Shown piece by piece: positions 17,246 to 30,468 of a DNA stretch of 64,000 nt. The notes under the pieces are model-generated. The model searched no databases. It had not been told where the DNA came from and worked only from the letters and a program-made list of their open reading frames with translations. Source of the stretch: Aquificaceae bacterium (GTDB lineage Bacteria; Aquificota; Aquificia; Aquificales; Aquificaceae); assembly GCA_041640635.1 (NCBI GenBank), contig JBEPZX010000004.1, forward strand, positions 1 through 64,000. The letters run 5' to 3'. Made by a program: the position numbers and the translations under genes. Positions within the stretch are counted from its first letter, which is position 1; the number at the start of each line of letters is the position of its first letter.

Positions 17246-18124
17246 CTAAGACATTAGTTTGATTATTACCGGAAACCATAAAAATCCTAAAACAATTCCA
17301 AGACCTGCACTCGCAAAAGTTAAGCTGTAGTTTAGGTTGTATCTCATAGCTATTACGCTTGCCATGATCATGGTAGGCATAGAAGATTCCAGAATAGTTA
17401 CACCAAGCTCCACATTACCAAGAGACAGAGCCTTTCCTACAAATAAAGCAAGTAAAGGTGCTATAAGCATTTTTATAAAAAGCACAGTCAAAGAGTGCCT
17501 TAAATTTTTTATAACACCGCTAAAACTTAGACTGAGACCCAAAGAAAATAGTATAACTGGGAGAACAGAGGCGCTGACAAAATCTAAAAAAGCCACAAGG
17601 AAGTTTGGTAAATGGGAAAAGCTAAAAACCAAGCCACTCACCAATCCAATAAATGGCGGAAAACTCAAAACAGGCTTTAGGCTCACTTTAGCGCTTGCTA
17701 TTGCTATTCCCAATGAAGACACCAAAAGAAAGGAGCCTAAGTTATCGTAAACAATAGCGTAAGATAGCCCCTGATTTCCAAAGTAACTGTAAGTTATAGG
17801 ATAACCCAAAAATGCCGTATTTCCAAAGGAAGAAGCGAGTATAAAAGATTTAAAAGTCTCACTTTCCAGCCTTAGAAACTTGCCAATTACAAAGGATATA
17901 ACAACACATAAAACAATTACTATCCAGGCTGAGAGTGTAATCTTAAATAGATGAACGCCTATACCTAAGCTGTGCATGGATTTAAACACAAGAATAGGAA
18001 GAGCAAAATTTATTACGTAAGATATTAGAGCGCTTGCGTGGTCTTCTTTGAATAGTTTTAGCTTTTTTAGAATATACCCAAAGGCTACTATCAAGAGAAC
18101 GTTAAGCATTGAAAGTTCTTTCAA
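17246..18124 (-). CDS. AEC (auxin efflux carrier/malate permease) family transporter
   Basis: INFALP, FGNTAFLGYP, LFSLG, IKMLIAP, ESSMPT; highly hydrophobic; start may be ATG 18109. Confidence 0.9.
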   Translation of the reverse strand: MKELSMLNVLLIVAFGYILKKLKLFKEDHASALISYVINFALPILVFKSMHSLGIGVHLFKITLSAWIVIVLCVVISFVIGKFLRLESETFKSFILASSFGNTAFLGYPITYSYFGNQGLSYAIVYDNLGSFLLVSSLGIAIASAKVSLKPVLSFPPFIGLVSGLVFSFSHLPNFLVAFLDFVSASVLPVILFSLGLSLSFSGVIKNLRHSLTVLFIKMLIAPLLALFVGKALSLGNVELGVTILESSMPTMIMASVIAMRYNLNYSLTFASAGLGIVLGFLWFPVIIKLMS

Positions 18125-19034
18125 GCAGTAATATCTTATTCCTTACTATACTATAGTGACCAAGGTATACCCTAAGGATATCTTCAAGAGCTTTTATAGG
18201 CGCTAGATTATGTGGTGCACGTTTGTCCATGTAAGGTCTGCTTGCAAAAATCGGTAATACGCCAGCAGTGAGATTTGCAATATGTATTACCCTTTCTTCA
18301 TCCATATGAGAAAATACCTCTAGCCGTGCTATGGAGCTAATTTCATCTTCTTCCGATAGTTTTATATACCAAGTGTACTTACTTGTGTTTTGTTTATCGT
18401 GTGCAACTTTTATTATAGGAGACCTTTGACCTTTCTCAAGCTCCCTGAGGATGTATAGATCATCTTGGCGTATGTAAAGTCTCTTGATGTTTTTAATGTA
18501 ACCTACACAGCGTGTGTCTCTTAGAGTATAACTAAGCGGTCCGTCACACACCACTAGATCAATTTTTGAATCTTCGCAAGCCTTCCTTGCTACATTACTT
18601 TCCAACTCTTCCCTCATTATTTCGTTTACCTTTAGCGTAAGCTCACTTTCAGTAGAGTATCTTACACTAAAGTTCAATTCCTGTATGTTAATTCTTTCGG
18701 GTAAACCAACTTTGCCCTTAACTACCAAAAATCTTTCTACCTTAGGATTAAGTAAGGATGGAGGAAGCAAATTAACTTTACCTAACTTAACGACCAAACC
18801 TCCCACACCTATGGATGCAAAAACACCTTCCCTATATTCTTCCTCGTCTTTTATTCTTATGTAACAAGCTAACTCTGTGCGTCTTACTCCATCTATAAAG
18901 GCTATGTTAATATCTTCTTTATGTATTCCACTGTAAGGTTTTACCTCTTCAAGGAAGTCTATAAATTGTTCTGAATCTTCATACTCCAAAGGTTCAATTT
19001 CTGGAATTTCCCATGGTCTAAATATGAATTTCAT
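18102..19034 (-). CDS. NurA-family nuclease
   Basis: IAFIDGVRR, VVCDGPL, VGYIK, WYIKL, RLE, RAPHNLAPI..LE motifs of bacterial NurA-domain proteins. Confidence 0.75.
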   Translation of the reverse strand: MKFIFRPWEIPEIEPLEYEDSEQFIDFLEEVKPYSGIHKEDINIAFIDGVRRTELACYIRIKDEEEYREGVFASIGVGGLVVKLGKVNLLPPSLLNPKVERFLVVKGKVGLPERINIQELNFSVRYSTESELTLKVNEIMREELESNVARKACEDSKIDLVVCDGPLSYTLRDTRCVGYIKNIKRLYIRQDDLYILRELEKGQRSPIIKVAHDKQNTSKYTWYIKLSEEDEISSIARLEVFSHMDEERVIHIANLTAGVLPIFASRPYMDKRAPHNLAPIKALEDILRVYLGHYSIVRNKILLLERTFNA

Positions 19035-20040
19035 CTTTCACCCTCACATATTCTTTCCATACTAACTCTTTAAGTTTATCAATATTTTCGCCCGTTAGAG
19101 CGGATACTGCTATAAATTTAAAGCCTCTGTTACCAAACTCCCTTTCCAAAGACTCAATGTATTCCTTATGGGATAGACTATCTATTTTTGTTCCAACTAC
19201 TATACATGGTTTTTTTAGAAGCTCTAGGCTATAAAGCTCCATCTCCCTTCTGACTTTCTCAAATGCAAGTAGAGGATCTTCAGTCCTTCCATCAGATATG
19301 TCTATAAGATGTAGCAATAGCTTAGTTCTCTCTATGTGTCTCAAAAATTCGTGACCTAAACCCTTACCTTGGTGAGCACCTTCTATAATCCCAGGAATAT
19401 CAGCAAGTATTAATCTTCTCTCTTCATCCAGCTCCATCACACCCAATACGGGTGAGAGAGTTGTGAAAGGGTAATCAGCTATTTTAGGCTTAGCCTTTGT
19501 TAATTTGGAAATGAGAGTAGATTTACCTGCATTAGGAAGCCCTACAATCCCTATGTGAGCTATAAGCTTCAGCTCTAAAATCACCCAAAACTCTTGTCCC
19601 TTTTCTCCTTTCTCTGCATACTTTGGTGCCTGATTTACCGATGTAGCAAAGTGAGCATTTCCTCTGCCTCCCCTTCCACCTTTCGCAACAATGCATCTTT
19701 GAGCTTCTTCTACAATGTCACAGATAACTTTTTCATCTTTGCCCTCTATTATCTTTACCACAGTTCCCAAAGGAACCTCTATTATCAAATCTTCCCCATC
19801 TTTTCCATGTTGGTTTTTCCCCTTTCCATGCTCTCCATTCTGAGCTCTAAAGTGTCTTTTGAACTTAAAGTCGTATAGAGTGTGCTTTCTTGAGCTTCCT
19901 ACAAAAATCACATCTCCACCTTTTCCACCATCTCCGCCAGCTGGACCTCCAAAGGGTCTGTATTTTTCTCTCAAAAAAGCAACAGCACCATTTCCACCAT
20001 CACCAGCCTTCACGTGAATTTTCACCTTATCTACAAACAT
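19018..20040 (-). CDS. obgE: GTPase ObgE/CgtA
   Basis: MFVD...GDGGNG Obg fold; GLPNAGKST, DYPFTT, DIPG, TKID. Confidence 0.98.
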   Translation of the reverse strand: MFVDKVKIHVKAGDGGNGAVAFLREKYRPFGGPAGGDGGKGGDVIFVGSSRKHTLYDFKFKRHFRAQNGEHGKGKNQHGKDGEDLIIEVPLGTVVKIIEGKDEKVICDIVEEAQRCIVAKGGRGGRGNAHFATSVNQAPKYAEKGEKGQEFWVILELKLIAHIGIVGLPNAGKSTLISKLTKAKPKIADYPFTTLSPVLGVMELDEERRLILADIPGIIEGAHQGKGLGHEFLRHIERTKLLLHLIDISDGRTEDPLLAFEKVRREMELYSLELLKKPCIVVGTKIDSLSHKEYIESLEREFGNRGFKFIAVSALTGENIDKLKELVWKEYVRVKDEIHI

Positions 20041-20043
20041 CTT

Positions 20044-20880
20044 CTAAGGCTTATAAATTAAGCAAACTTTACCTTTTTGTGAATTTAGCTCCTTTTCCAC
20101 AGGAAAGCACTTAACGGTAAGCAAAAAGAATACATCTCTGTCTGCACTGCTCAGTGTTTCGTAATTTGCTTGACCTTTGCTTATAACCACATCCACACCG
20201 TAAAAAACATCCAAGAACTCCTTGGAACAGTCGTTTAAATCTGTACCTACTTTTCCGCTTCCGTTGGAAATTACTTGACAATACTCATCAATGCCCACCT
20301 CTTTTGCATCATCCATCAACACATCGTTGAGTATAGGAGAACCTTTTACTGCATAAAAAATGTCCTTTTGCCGCTCCTTTATAGATTTTGCCAAGAGCTT
20401 ATCAAAGACTATCTCTCCAGCGTTGTCTCCTATTATCAAGGTAGTATTTGCTGTTTCCAACTTTTCCTTAAGCTTGTCTATCTCAAACTTTCCCTTTTCC
20501 ATCTTGAAAATTTGGTTTATCAACTCAGATACATCCTGAGGGTTCATTATGGCAAAATCTATTGCATTGCCAGCACCGCTCAGAAATAGAGCATCTTCCA
20601 AGCTTAGGTTTTCTATGTTCTTTGTAGCTTCCAAAGCTACTTTATTTGAGAGTTTTTTTATTTCGTAAAAGGGATCTTCACAATCTGTGTATCTCTTAAC
20701 GATTGATTGGATGTAGTAAGCATAGTAAGCAGGAGATTTGTTTAGGCTTTCAAAGCTGGAAATATACCTAGCGACTTCCAGAGCAATTTCTTTTTCTTTA
20801 TCTTTGTCTAATCTGAGCTTTCTTACAGCATTAAGCCCCTGATTTATCAGACAAGGTATACATTCACTGTAGGCTATCAT
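20044..20880 (-). CDS. DUF89/ARMT1-like metal-dependent damage-control phosphatase
   Basis: ECIPC, GNAIDF, GDNAGEIVFD, PILND, SKGQANYETL, LLTVKC. Confidence 0.9.
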   Translation of the reverse strand: MIAYSECIPCLINQGLNAVRKLRLDKDKEKEIALEVARYISSFESLNKSPAYYAYYIQSIVKRYTDCEDPFYEIKKLSNKVALEATKNIENLSLEDALFLSGAGNAIDFAIMNPQDVSELINQIFKMEKGKFEIDKLKEKLETANTTLIIGDNAGEIVFDKLLAKSIKERQKDIFYAVKGSPILNDVLMDDAKEVGIDEYCQVISNGSGKVGTDLNDCSKEFLDVFYGVDVVISKGQANYETLSSADRDVFFLLTVKCFPVEKELNSQKGKVCLIYKP

Positions 20881-22550
20881 ATAGTAAAGTTTAACAAACC
20901 TTTTGAATACAAAAGCTTTAATGAGTTTAGTACAAATTCACCCTTTACCCCCAAAGACATAAGACTCGTAAGAAGTATGGAAGGTAAAAACTCTGCATCT
21001 ACATATACTTCAACTTCATTTAAATCATCACTAACGTAAATATACCTGCTTATAACCTGTAAAAAAGAGGCAAATTCTTTATCGTTGAGCCAAAATCTAC
21101 AACTTCTTATAAAGTCCTTCAAAACCAAGATGATATTGCCATTTTTTGTTCCTAAAGCATCCACACCTACCTTTACACTTTCTAAAGCGCTTATCGCCTT
21201 TGCCGGATTCCATATGACATTTCCATACTTTGGAAGAATAGTCTTTACATTCAAGTCCTTTATAGTTTTAATAGCATCTTCTATAGCTTTATTGCTGGGC
21301 ATATTAACCACATGGAATATTTCTAGGCTTTCTGTATCTATCTCTGCATTGGGACTTAAATTCTTGTCACTTGCATAGGAACTAAACAGATGTCCAGTAA
21401 ACAAAGCACCTGTAGATTCTTCGTATATCACAAAACTACCCTTATCGGGACAAAAAGGTGTGTGTATAAACCTAAGGGCATCACCTGTAGCTAACCTCAA
21501 GGTCCCACTCTCTAAATACTCTATAAGTCTAATCCTTGTCATTGGAATGTCTAGTTCATTTAGCTCTCTAGCTATTGGCAAAGTAGTTATAATGTAAAGC
21601 CTAGGGTTTACCTGCATAAAGTTATAAGCATTTATGTAGTCATCAGAATGAATTCCCATCACAATTATGGCTTTTAAATTATCCACAGAACCTATAACCT
21701 GCTCTATCCTATTTTTTATATCTGTGTACTCCTTCTTACTACCTGCATTAATGAGTATGGGTATTTCTATACTTCCTTTTTTATACAAACGAAGAAAGGT
21801 ATTGGTTTGCAACACATCATTTTCATGAAGTGATCCTATCCAAAAAATGCCTTCTATAAACTCAATAGGTCGAGTGTAAGCTTCCTCATCAATTGAGGGT
21901 AGAGTTACCTGTACCTTTTCTTCTTCATATGCATACTTTTTCTTTGTTAATATACGGAATAAATCAGCATTACTCTTTATAGTTTGTTGCACAATCAGTC
22001 CTTCTTGGTACGATGAAAGTTCAACAGAAGGCTCTACACTAGATACTGCACTTATTAGTTGTTCATCAGAGCATGTGTAACCTCTAATAGTCCCATTTTT
22101 GATGCTCACAGTACACTTATTATCTATTACTAAGTTCACGGATAATTTGTGCCTAAGTACATCGAGCAAGGTATTAATGAAACCTTTACTAACAATTTGG
22201 CTCATATCTTTACTGATAAAAACTGCATTGGACAACAGATCCAGCGGATTGAAAGGCAGTACGGCAAAGTTCTTTTCGCTAAATCCACACTTCATAAGTT
22301 CTTCCACTTGTTGGTAATCCTGTAAAAAGAATATGGGCTTTGCATAATTACTCCTCTCTAAGTTATCTAACCATACGTCTATATCTTCGAGCTCTAGAAG
22401 GATAATATCAACAGGAACTTTGTCCAGGAGTTCTTTCACTTTTTCTTCATTAAGTGCCACAAGCAGTTTATGTCCAGTAATATCTAGTATGTCCCCTATA
22501 ATTGAGGCATACTTTCTTCTTCTGTCAAAAACTAAAAAGGTCAATCCCAT
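20877..22550 (-). CDS. multidomain protein: degenerate receiver domain plus metallo-beta-lactamase/ODP-like domain
   Basis: N-terminal REC-like pattern (FLVFD...VDIILLE...LPFNPLDL); C-terminal GIFWIGS...LQTNTFLR...LRFIHTPFC..GSFVIYE..TGALFTG.LF...MPSNKA...ILPKYG typical of the ODP/FprA-like fold. Confidence 0.65.
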   Translation of the reverse strand: MGLTFLVFDRRRKYASIIGDILDITGHKLLVALNEEKVKELLDKVPVDIILLELEDIDVWLDNLERSNYAKPIFFLQDYQQVEELMKCGFSEKNFAVLPFNPLDLLSNAVFISKDMSQIVSKGFINTLLDVLRHKLSVNLVIDNKCTVSIKNGTIRGYTCSDEQLISAVSSVEPSVELSSYQEGLIVQQTIKSNADLFRILTKKKYAYEEEKVQVTLPSIDEEAYTRPIEFIEGIFWIGSLHENDVLQTNTFLRLYKKGSIEIPILINAGSKKEYTDIKNRIEQVIGSVDNLKAIIVMGIHSDDYINAYNFMQVNPRLYIITTLPIARELNELDIPMTRIRLIEYLESGTLRLATGDALRFIHTPFCPDKGSFVIYEESTGALFTGHLFSSYASDKNLSPNAEIDTESLEIFHVVNMPSNKAIEDAIKTIKDLNVKTILPKYGNVIWNPAKAISALESVKVGVDALGTKNGNIILVLKDFIRSCRFWLNDKEFASFLQVISRYIYVSDDLNEVEVYVDAEFLPSILLTSLMSLGVKGEFVLNSLKLLYSKGLLNFTI

Positions 22551-22798
22551 TATGTTATCTCCGTCTTTTTTGCTGCAATATCTAAAAGCTTTAAATGTTC
22601 TTTAAGAATATTAACAGATTGCACATACATAAAAAAGGCATGTTCTACCTGCATTATTGCGGTTTGAAAGGATGGATCATCTTCAAGAACTCTCAATTCC
22701 CTAAACTTTCTGTAGTATTCGTCTAATCTTGTACCACTTTCGAGCAACTCCCTTATTACTTCTTTGCTTAGCTTTAGAGCCTCTCCCTTCGTATCCAT
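22550..22798 (-). CDS. hypothetical helical protein (82 aa)
   Basis: Overlaps neighbours on both sides; amphipathic, coiled-coil-like composition. Confidence 0.7.
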   Translation of the reverse strand: MDTKGEALKLSKEVIRELLESGTRLDEYYRKFRELRVLEDDPSFQTAIMQVEHAFFMYVQSVNILKEHLKLLDIAAKKTEIT

Positions 22799-23178
22799 AT
22801 TTTCCCTATTTTTTCTCCTTCCTCTTTAGGAATATTATACCTACTAAAGAGTATAGCTTCTAATTTTTTTAAGTCCTCCTCATTAAGGTCATCAAAGTAT
22901 ATTAAACCTCTGTCTTGATCTATGCTAGATCTTACAAAAAGATTTGCGCTCGAATTTCCATAGACCACGTCCCCTCCTGCGTACATAAAACCCACCGAAA
23001 GAGACATAGTTAAAAAGTTTATATCATCTAAAGACAGTGTAGGCTTTTCACACTCCTTTTCTATTTTTAATAAAGTACACAAGGCTAAACCCACCCTCAT
23101 AAGATTTTCCGGCGTAAGAGGATAGATTCCTAATACTCCTTCAAGTTTGTTATCTTTAAACAACCTGTTTAACTGCAC
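22774..23178 (-). CDS. stand-alone phosphohexomutase (GlmM/PMM) domain I-like protein lacking the catalytic SHNP loop
   Basis: RLF...LEGVLG.YPLTPE...RVGLA...[13 protein letters not shown]...KKLEAIL...EKIGKI parallels GlmM residues ~1-150. Confidence 0.6.
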   Translation of the reverse strand: MQLNRLFKDNKLEGVLGIYPLTPENLMRVGLALCTLLKIEKECEKPTLSLDDINFLTMSLSVGFMYAGGDVVYGNSSANLFVRSSIDQDRGLIYFDDLNEEDLKKLEAILFSRYNIPKEEGEKIGKIWIRRERL

Positions 23179-23941
23179 TTTCTGCCTCTTCCTCCAGATT
23201 TTTACCTTCTAAATATCTACCTGCCAGTAAGAAAAATTCTTCGTTCCCTTTACTACCTCTTGGCTTGGATTTTATAATCCCTGAAACTTTAAAGCTTAAT
23301 TTTTCCAACTCTTGCGCTACTTTAATTATAGCCTCTTTTTTGTATTCATCTTTTCTAACAATTCCCTTTGGTACTTTTTTAGGTTCCAGTTCAAACTGAG
23401 GTTTTACCAAAACAAGCAATACGCCATCATCTTTCAGAAACTGAACTACATGGGGAAGAATCTTAGTTGCGGATATGAAAGACACATCCATTGTTATAAG
23501 ATCCACCTTTTCTGGTATGTTTTCTGTGCTCAAAGATCTTGCATCCGTTTCTTCGTAAAGGATGACCCTTTCGTCATGTCTTAACTTGTAATCCATCTGT
23601 GCTTTTCCCACATCCACAGCGTAAACTTTTTTTGCTCCTTTTTGCAACAAGCAATCCGTAAAACCTCCAGTAGAAGAGCCCACATCCAAAACCACGTAAT
23701 CTCTCACATCTAAACCAAGACTTTCTATAGCATGTTCCAGTTTATAGCCAGCTCTAGATACGTACTTTATCCTCTCTTTTACCTCTATCCTCTCTCCCTC
23801 CTTTACTAGATAGCTTGGTTTATCAATCAGCCTACCATTCACTAGAACACCACCGGACAAAATCAAAGCTTGAGATTTCTCTCTACTACTTGCGTAACCA
23901 AGCTCTACCAAAAGATTATCTAGTCGTTTTCTAGACCCCAA
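23156..23941 (-). CDS. tlyA: TlyA-family rRNA 2'-O-methyltransferase
   Basis: RLD..LV..G...SREK S4-like domain; [34 protein letters not shown]; start (TTG 23941) uncertain. Confidence 0.93.
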   Translation of the reverse strand: MGSRKRLDNLLVELGYASSREKSQALILSGGVLVNGRLIDKPSYLVKEGERIEVKERIKYVSRAGYKLEHAIESLGLDVRDYVVLDVGSSTGGFTDCLLQKGAKKVYAVDVGKAQMDYKLRHDERVILYEETDARSLSTENIPEKVDLITMDVSFISATKILPHVVQFLKDDGVLLVLVKPQFELEPKKVPKGIVRKDEYKKEAIIKVAQELEKLSFKVSGIIKSKPRGSKGNEEFFLLAGRYLEGKNLEEEAESAVKQVV

Positions 23942-24167
23942 GGGATCTCTTAATGACATACAAGATGACAAGAAGAACCATAGGAGAAAAGTCTATACCA
24001 TTTATGGGTTTTACCACAGACCTTATTGGTTCCAAAATAGGAGAAACTAAACTATCTATAAAATTATAGAATTTGCTTTCTCTCAATTGAGGTATCCAAG
24101 ACCCTATCGCGTGAATAAATATAAGTATTATAAGAAGATTTATAAGAAGGGAAAGAATTCCCTTCAT
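23931..24167 (-). CDS. yggT: YggT family membrane protein
   Basis: SWIP...[23 protein letters not shown] overlap with the rplQ stop. Confidence 0.9.
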   Translation of the reverse strand: MKGILSLLINLLIILIFIHAIGSWIPQLRESKFYNFIDSLVSPILEPIRSVVKPINGIDFSPMVLLVILYVIKRSLGV

Positions 24168-24523
24168 TCTACGAGCTCCAGAATGCTCAATTCGCAACCA
24201 TCTCCTACTCTGTTGATAGGTAACTTTACTATACGAGTGTATCCACCATTCCTGCCTTCGTATCTAGGTGCTATATCTTCAAATAGCTTCCTAACAGCCG
24301 CCTTGTTGTTGGCAAGCAAAGATAGAGCCCTTCTTCTAGAAGCAAGATCTCCTTTTTTACCAAGCGTTATGAGTTTTTCAACAAAAGATCTCACAGCTTT
24401 AGCTCTCTGCAACGAGGTCTCTATTCTCTCCTCCATTATAAGAGCTGTAGCTAAGGATCTGTAAAGAGCTAACCTTTGTTCCTTTGTTCTATCAAAGTGC
24501 TTTTTCTTTACTTTGTGCCTCAT
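24164..24523 (-). CDS. rplQ: 50S ribosomal protein L17
   Basis: MRH..., [17 protein letters not shown]. Confidence 0.98.
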   Translation of the reverse strand: MRHKVKKKHFDRTKEQRLALYRSLATALIMEERIETSLQRAKAVRSFVEKLITLGKKGDLASRRRALSLLANNKAAVRKLFEDIAPRYEGRNGGYTRIVKLPINRVGDGCELSILELVE

Positions 24524-24526
24524 TTT

Positions 24527-25477
24527 TTACCTCCTACTCTCTATATCCATGCCTAGGTATAGTCCCATATCCTTTAGAGCATCCTTTATCTCATTTATGG
24601 CTTTTCTGCCTATATTCTTAGTTCCTTTTATATCCTCTTCCGTTAACTTAACTAAATCACCTATGGTGGTTATGCCCATACGCCTTAATGAGTTAAGAGC
24701 TCTTTGAGAGATATCGAGTTCCTCAACAGGAAGTGAGAGCTTTTCAGAAAACTCATCAGTTAGTACAGGCTCTTCTATCATGGGCATCTCAAAGGATATC
24801 TTTTCGAACTTGGAGAAGGTTTGTATGAGAAGCTCTATAGCCTCTTTCACTGCTTCTTCTGGGGTTTTTACACCGTTTGTGTAAACCTCCATTATAAGCC
24901 TGTCGTAATCGCTTTTTCTCTCTACACGTGTTTTTTCTACTCTAAAGCTAACCTGCCTTACTGGAGAAAAGTCAGCATCAACCATTATCCAATCTACTTC
25001 ACCAAACTTTTCCATCTCTTCCGTCGGCACGTATCCAAAACCGTTCTCTATCCTGATCTCGGCGTTAAATTCTTTGTTTGGATCCGTTATGGTAGCTATC
25101 TTCTGGTCAGGATTTACAATACTCACATTTGGAGGTAAAGAAAGATCTCTCGCTGTTATAACACCTTCTCCCTTTTTCTTTAGGTAAATGGTCTCAACAT
25201 TAGAGTGATTTAAAATAAAACCTATCTTCTTTATGTTGGCTATTATTTCTATAACGTCCTCTTGCACACCTTCTACGGTGGAGAATTCATGATACACGCC
25301 GTATATTTTTAATCCTGTGACAGCTGTCCCTTTTATGGAAGAAAGAAGGGTTCTTCTTAGGGAATTACCCACAGTAGTCCCAAAGCCCCTCTCCAAAGGT
25401 TCAGCCACAAATCTACCGTAAGTGTTGGTCCTTTCTTCCCAATATATTTTGTTGGGAAAAATAAACTCTCTAAGCAT
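24527..25477 (-). CDS. rpoA: RNA polymerase alpha subunit
   Basis: EPLERGFGTTVGNSLRR, HEFST..GV.ED, DADFSPV, alpha-CTD RALNSL. Confidence 0.99.
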   Translation of the reverse strand: MLREFIFPNKIYWEERTNTYGRFVAEPLERGFGTTVGNSLRRTLLSSIKGTAVTGLKIYGVYHEFSTVEGVQEDVIEIIANIKKIGFILNHSNVETIYLKKKGEGVITARDLSLPPNVSIVNPDQKIATITDPNKEFNAEIRIENGFGYVPTEEMEKFGEVDWIMVDADFSPVRQVSFRVEKTRVERKSDYDRLIMEVYTNGVKTPEEAVKEAIELLIQTFSKFEKISFEMPMIEEPVLTDEFSEKLSLPVEELDISQRALNSLRRMGITTIGDLVKLTEEDIKGTKNIGRKAINEIKDALKDMGLYLGMDIESRR

Positions 25478-25489
25478 TTAAAATCCTCC

Positions 25490-26119
25490 TTATACCTTGG
25501 AGTAGAACTCTATTATGTACTGAAGGTTTATAGGTACCTCAAGCTGTACTTCTTTAGGAAGATCTAGCACTTTACCCCTGAAGTTTTCTTTGTCCAGTTC
25601 TAACCAAGGTGGTATACTTCTTGGATCTATGTTTTCCAAATTTTCCTTTATTTGAGGTATGTTTCTTGATGATTCCCTTACTTCAATTATGTCTCCTACG
25701 TCAACTCTGTAAGAAGGTACATTGACCTTTTGACCATTTACGAGTATGTGCCCATGGACTACAAACTGCCTCGCTTGATTACGCGTATTTGCTATTCCCA
25801 ACCTATATACTACATTGTCAAGTCTTCTTTCCAAAAGTTGAATTAACACTTGACCTGTGTTACCTTTGGTTGCCGAGGCTTCTTCGAAGTATCTTTTGAA
25901 CTGGCGTTCTCTCAAACCACCGTATAAAAACTTTAACTTCTGTTTTTCCATAAGGCGCATACCGTACTCAGTTAATTTACGCCTTCTGCCTTTGACGCGA
26001 CCGTGTTGACCAGGTGGGAAGTTTCTCCTGGAGAGTGTTTTAGGCGCTGATTTTTTACCGGAAACTACTACTCCTAGTTTTCTATCTACTTTTGATGATG
26101 GTCCTATGTATCTACCCAT
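25490..26119 (-). CDS. rpsD: 30S ribosomal protein S4
   Basis: [31 protein letters not shown]. Confidence 0.99.
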   Translation of the reverse strand: MGRYIGPSSKVDRKLGVVVSGKKSAPKTLSRRNFPPGQHGRVKGRRRKLTEYGMRLMEKQKLKFLYGGLRERQFKRYFEEASATKGNTGQVLIQLLERRLDNVVYRLGIANTRNQARQFVVHGHILVNGQKVNVPSYRVDVGDIIEVRESSRNIPQIKENLENIDPRSIPPWLELDKENFRGKVLDLPKEVQLEVPINLQYIIEFYSKV

Positions 26120-26120
26120 T

Positions 26121-26510
26121 TCATACCCTCCTTTTGGCTGGTGGTCTACATCCGTTGTGTGGTATTGGAGTCAAATCTCTGATGGCTTTTATTTTAAGCC
26201 CTGATGCATACACAGCTCTAAGAGCTGATTCTCTACCAGCACCTGCACCTTTTATTCTGACCTCTACCTCTTGCAGTCCATACTCCTGCATAGCTCTCTT
26301 GGCTGCCTTTTGAGCTGCCAGCTGTGCCGCATAAGGTGTGCTTTTCCTAGTACCTTTAAAACCAACTGTACCTCCACTTTCCCAAACCAATGTGTTTCCT
26401 TGCGGATCCGTAATATTTATTACTGTATTGTTAAAAGTGCTGAGAATATTCACTATACCACTGTTTACCGTTCTCTTTTGCTTTTTAGCTTGTTGTTTCC
26501 TTTTAGCCAT
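26121..26510 (-). CDS. rpsK: 30S ribosomal protein S11
   Basis: [29 protein letters not shown]. Confidence 0.99.
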   Translation of the reverse strand: MAKRKQQAKKQKRTVNSGIVNILSTFNNTVINITDPQGNTLVWESGGTVGFKGTRKSTPYAAQLAAQKAAKRAMQEYGLQEVEVRIKGAGAGRESALRAVYASGLKIKAIRDLTPIPHNGCRPPAKRRV

Positions 26511-26522
26511 ACTTACCTCCTA

Positions 26523-26903
26523 TTACTTAACTACTTTTTTCTTAGTCCCACCAACTGTTTTTCTTTTACCTTTGCGTGTCCTTGCATTGGTCTTTGTTTG
26601 TTGACCTCTTACAGGTAAACCTCTAGCATGTCTTAAACCTCTATATGTACCTATGTCTATAAGTTTTTTTATGTTTATTTGAACTTCTCTTCTAAGATCT
26701 CCTTCCACTTTGTAGTTGTTTTCTATAAACTTCCTTATGGTGTTTAATTCATCAGGTGTTAACTCTCCCAGTTTCTTTGTGCAAGGGATACCAGTTTTTT
26801 CACATATCTCTTTAGCTCTCTTCCATCCTATACCGTATAGGTACGTAAGCACAACCTCAAGCTTTTTATTATCGGGTAGATCAACGCCCGCTATTCTTGC
26901 CAT
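26523..26903 (-). CDS. rpsM: 30S ribosomal protein S13
   Basis: [31 protein letters not shown]. Confidence 0.99.
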   Translation of the reverse strand: MARIAGVDLPDNKKLEVVLTYLYGIGWKRAKEICEKTGIPCTKKLGELTPDELNTIRKFIENNYKVEGDLRREVQINIKKLIDIGTYRGLRHARGLPVRGQQTKTNARTRKGKRKTVGGTKKKVVK

Positions 26904-26914
26904 CTCTTACCTCC

Positions 26915-27031
26915 TTAACTGCCTTGTCTTTGTTTATGCTTTGGATTTTCACAGATAACCATAACTCTTCCCTTTCTACGTATTATCTTACACTTGGCAC
27001 ATATAGGCTTAACCGATGGTCTTACCTTCAT
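26915..27031 (-). CDS. rpmJ: 50S ribosomal protein L36 (Zn-ribbon form), below the ORF-track cutoff
   Basis: Manual translation [47 protein letters not shown]. Confidence 0.98.
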   Translation of the reverse strand: MKVRPSVKPICAKCKIIRRKGRVMVICENPKHKQRQGS

Positions 27032-27274
27032 AATTCACCTCCAAAAACTTAAAGCTATATATTATATCACACTCTATAAACTATTCTTCCTCGTGTTAAA
27101 TCATAAGGGGATAGTTCCACCTTTACTCTGTCACCAGGTAAGATACGAATAAAGTTCACCCTCATCTTACCAGACACATGGGCTAGGATTTCGTGCCCTG
27201 TGTCCAGCTTAACTCTAAACATAGCGTTTGGTAAGGCTTCTTCTACTATGCCTTCTAAAACTATGCCCTTTTCT

Positions 27275-30021
<2,747 letters not shown>

Positions 30022-30025
<4 letters not shown>

Positions 30026-30468
30026 TGTATAACCTCATAGCTTCCGCCAGCATTTTTGATCTTTTCCATGGCGGAAGCAGAAAAGGCGTGAGCTTTGACA
30101 ACCAACTTTTTGGTAATCTCACCATCACCCAGTATTTTCACTGGCATTCCCTTCTTGACTAAACCCTTTTCATACAAACTCTCTGGATTCACTTCTTCTC
30201 CTTCTTGGAAGTATCTATCTAAGGTTCTAACATTTACACACGAATACACCTTCTTAAAAGGATTAATGAATCCTCTTTTAGGGATTCTCTTGTGCAGAGG
30301 TGTCTGTCCACCTTCAAACCAAGAAGGTAAGTTTCTATCTCCCGATCTAGATGTCTGACCTTTGTGACCTTTACCACAGGTTTTTCCAAGCCCAGAACCT
30401 ATACCTCTACCTACTCTCTTTTTCTCTTTTACCGCACCTTGGTTTGGTGAAAGTTCATGTAGCTTCAT
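30022..30468 (-). CDS. rplO: 50S ribosomal protein L15
   Basis: [27 protein letters not shown]. Confidence 0.99.
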
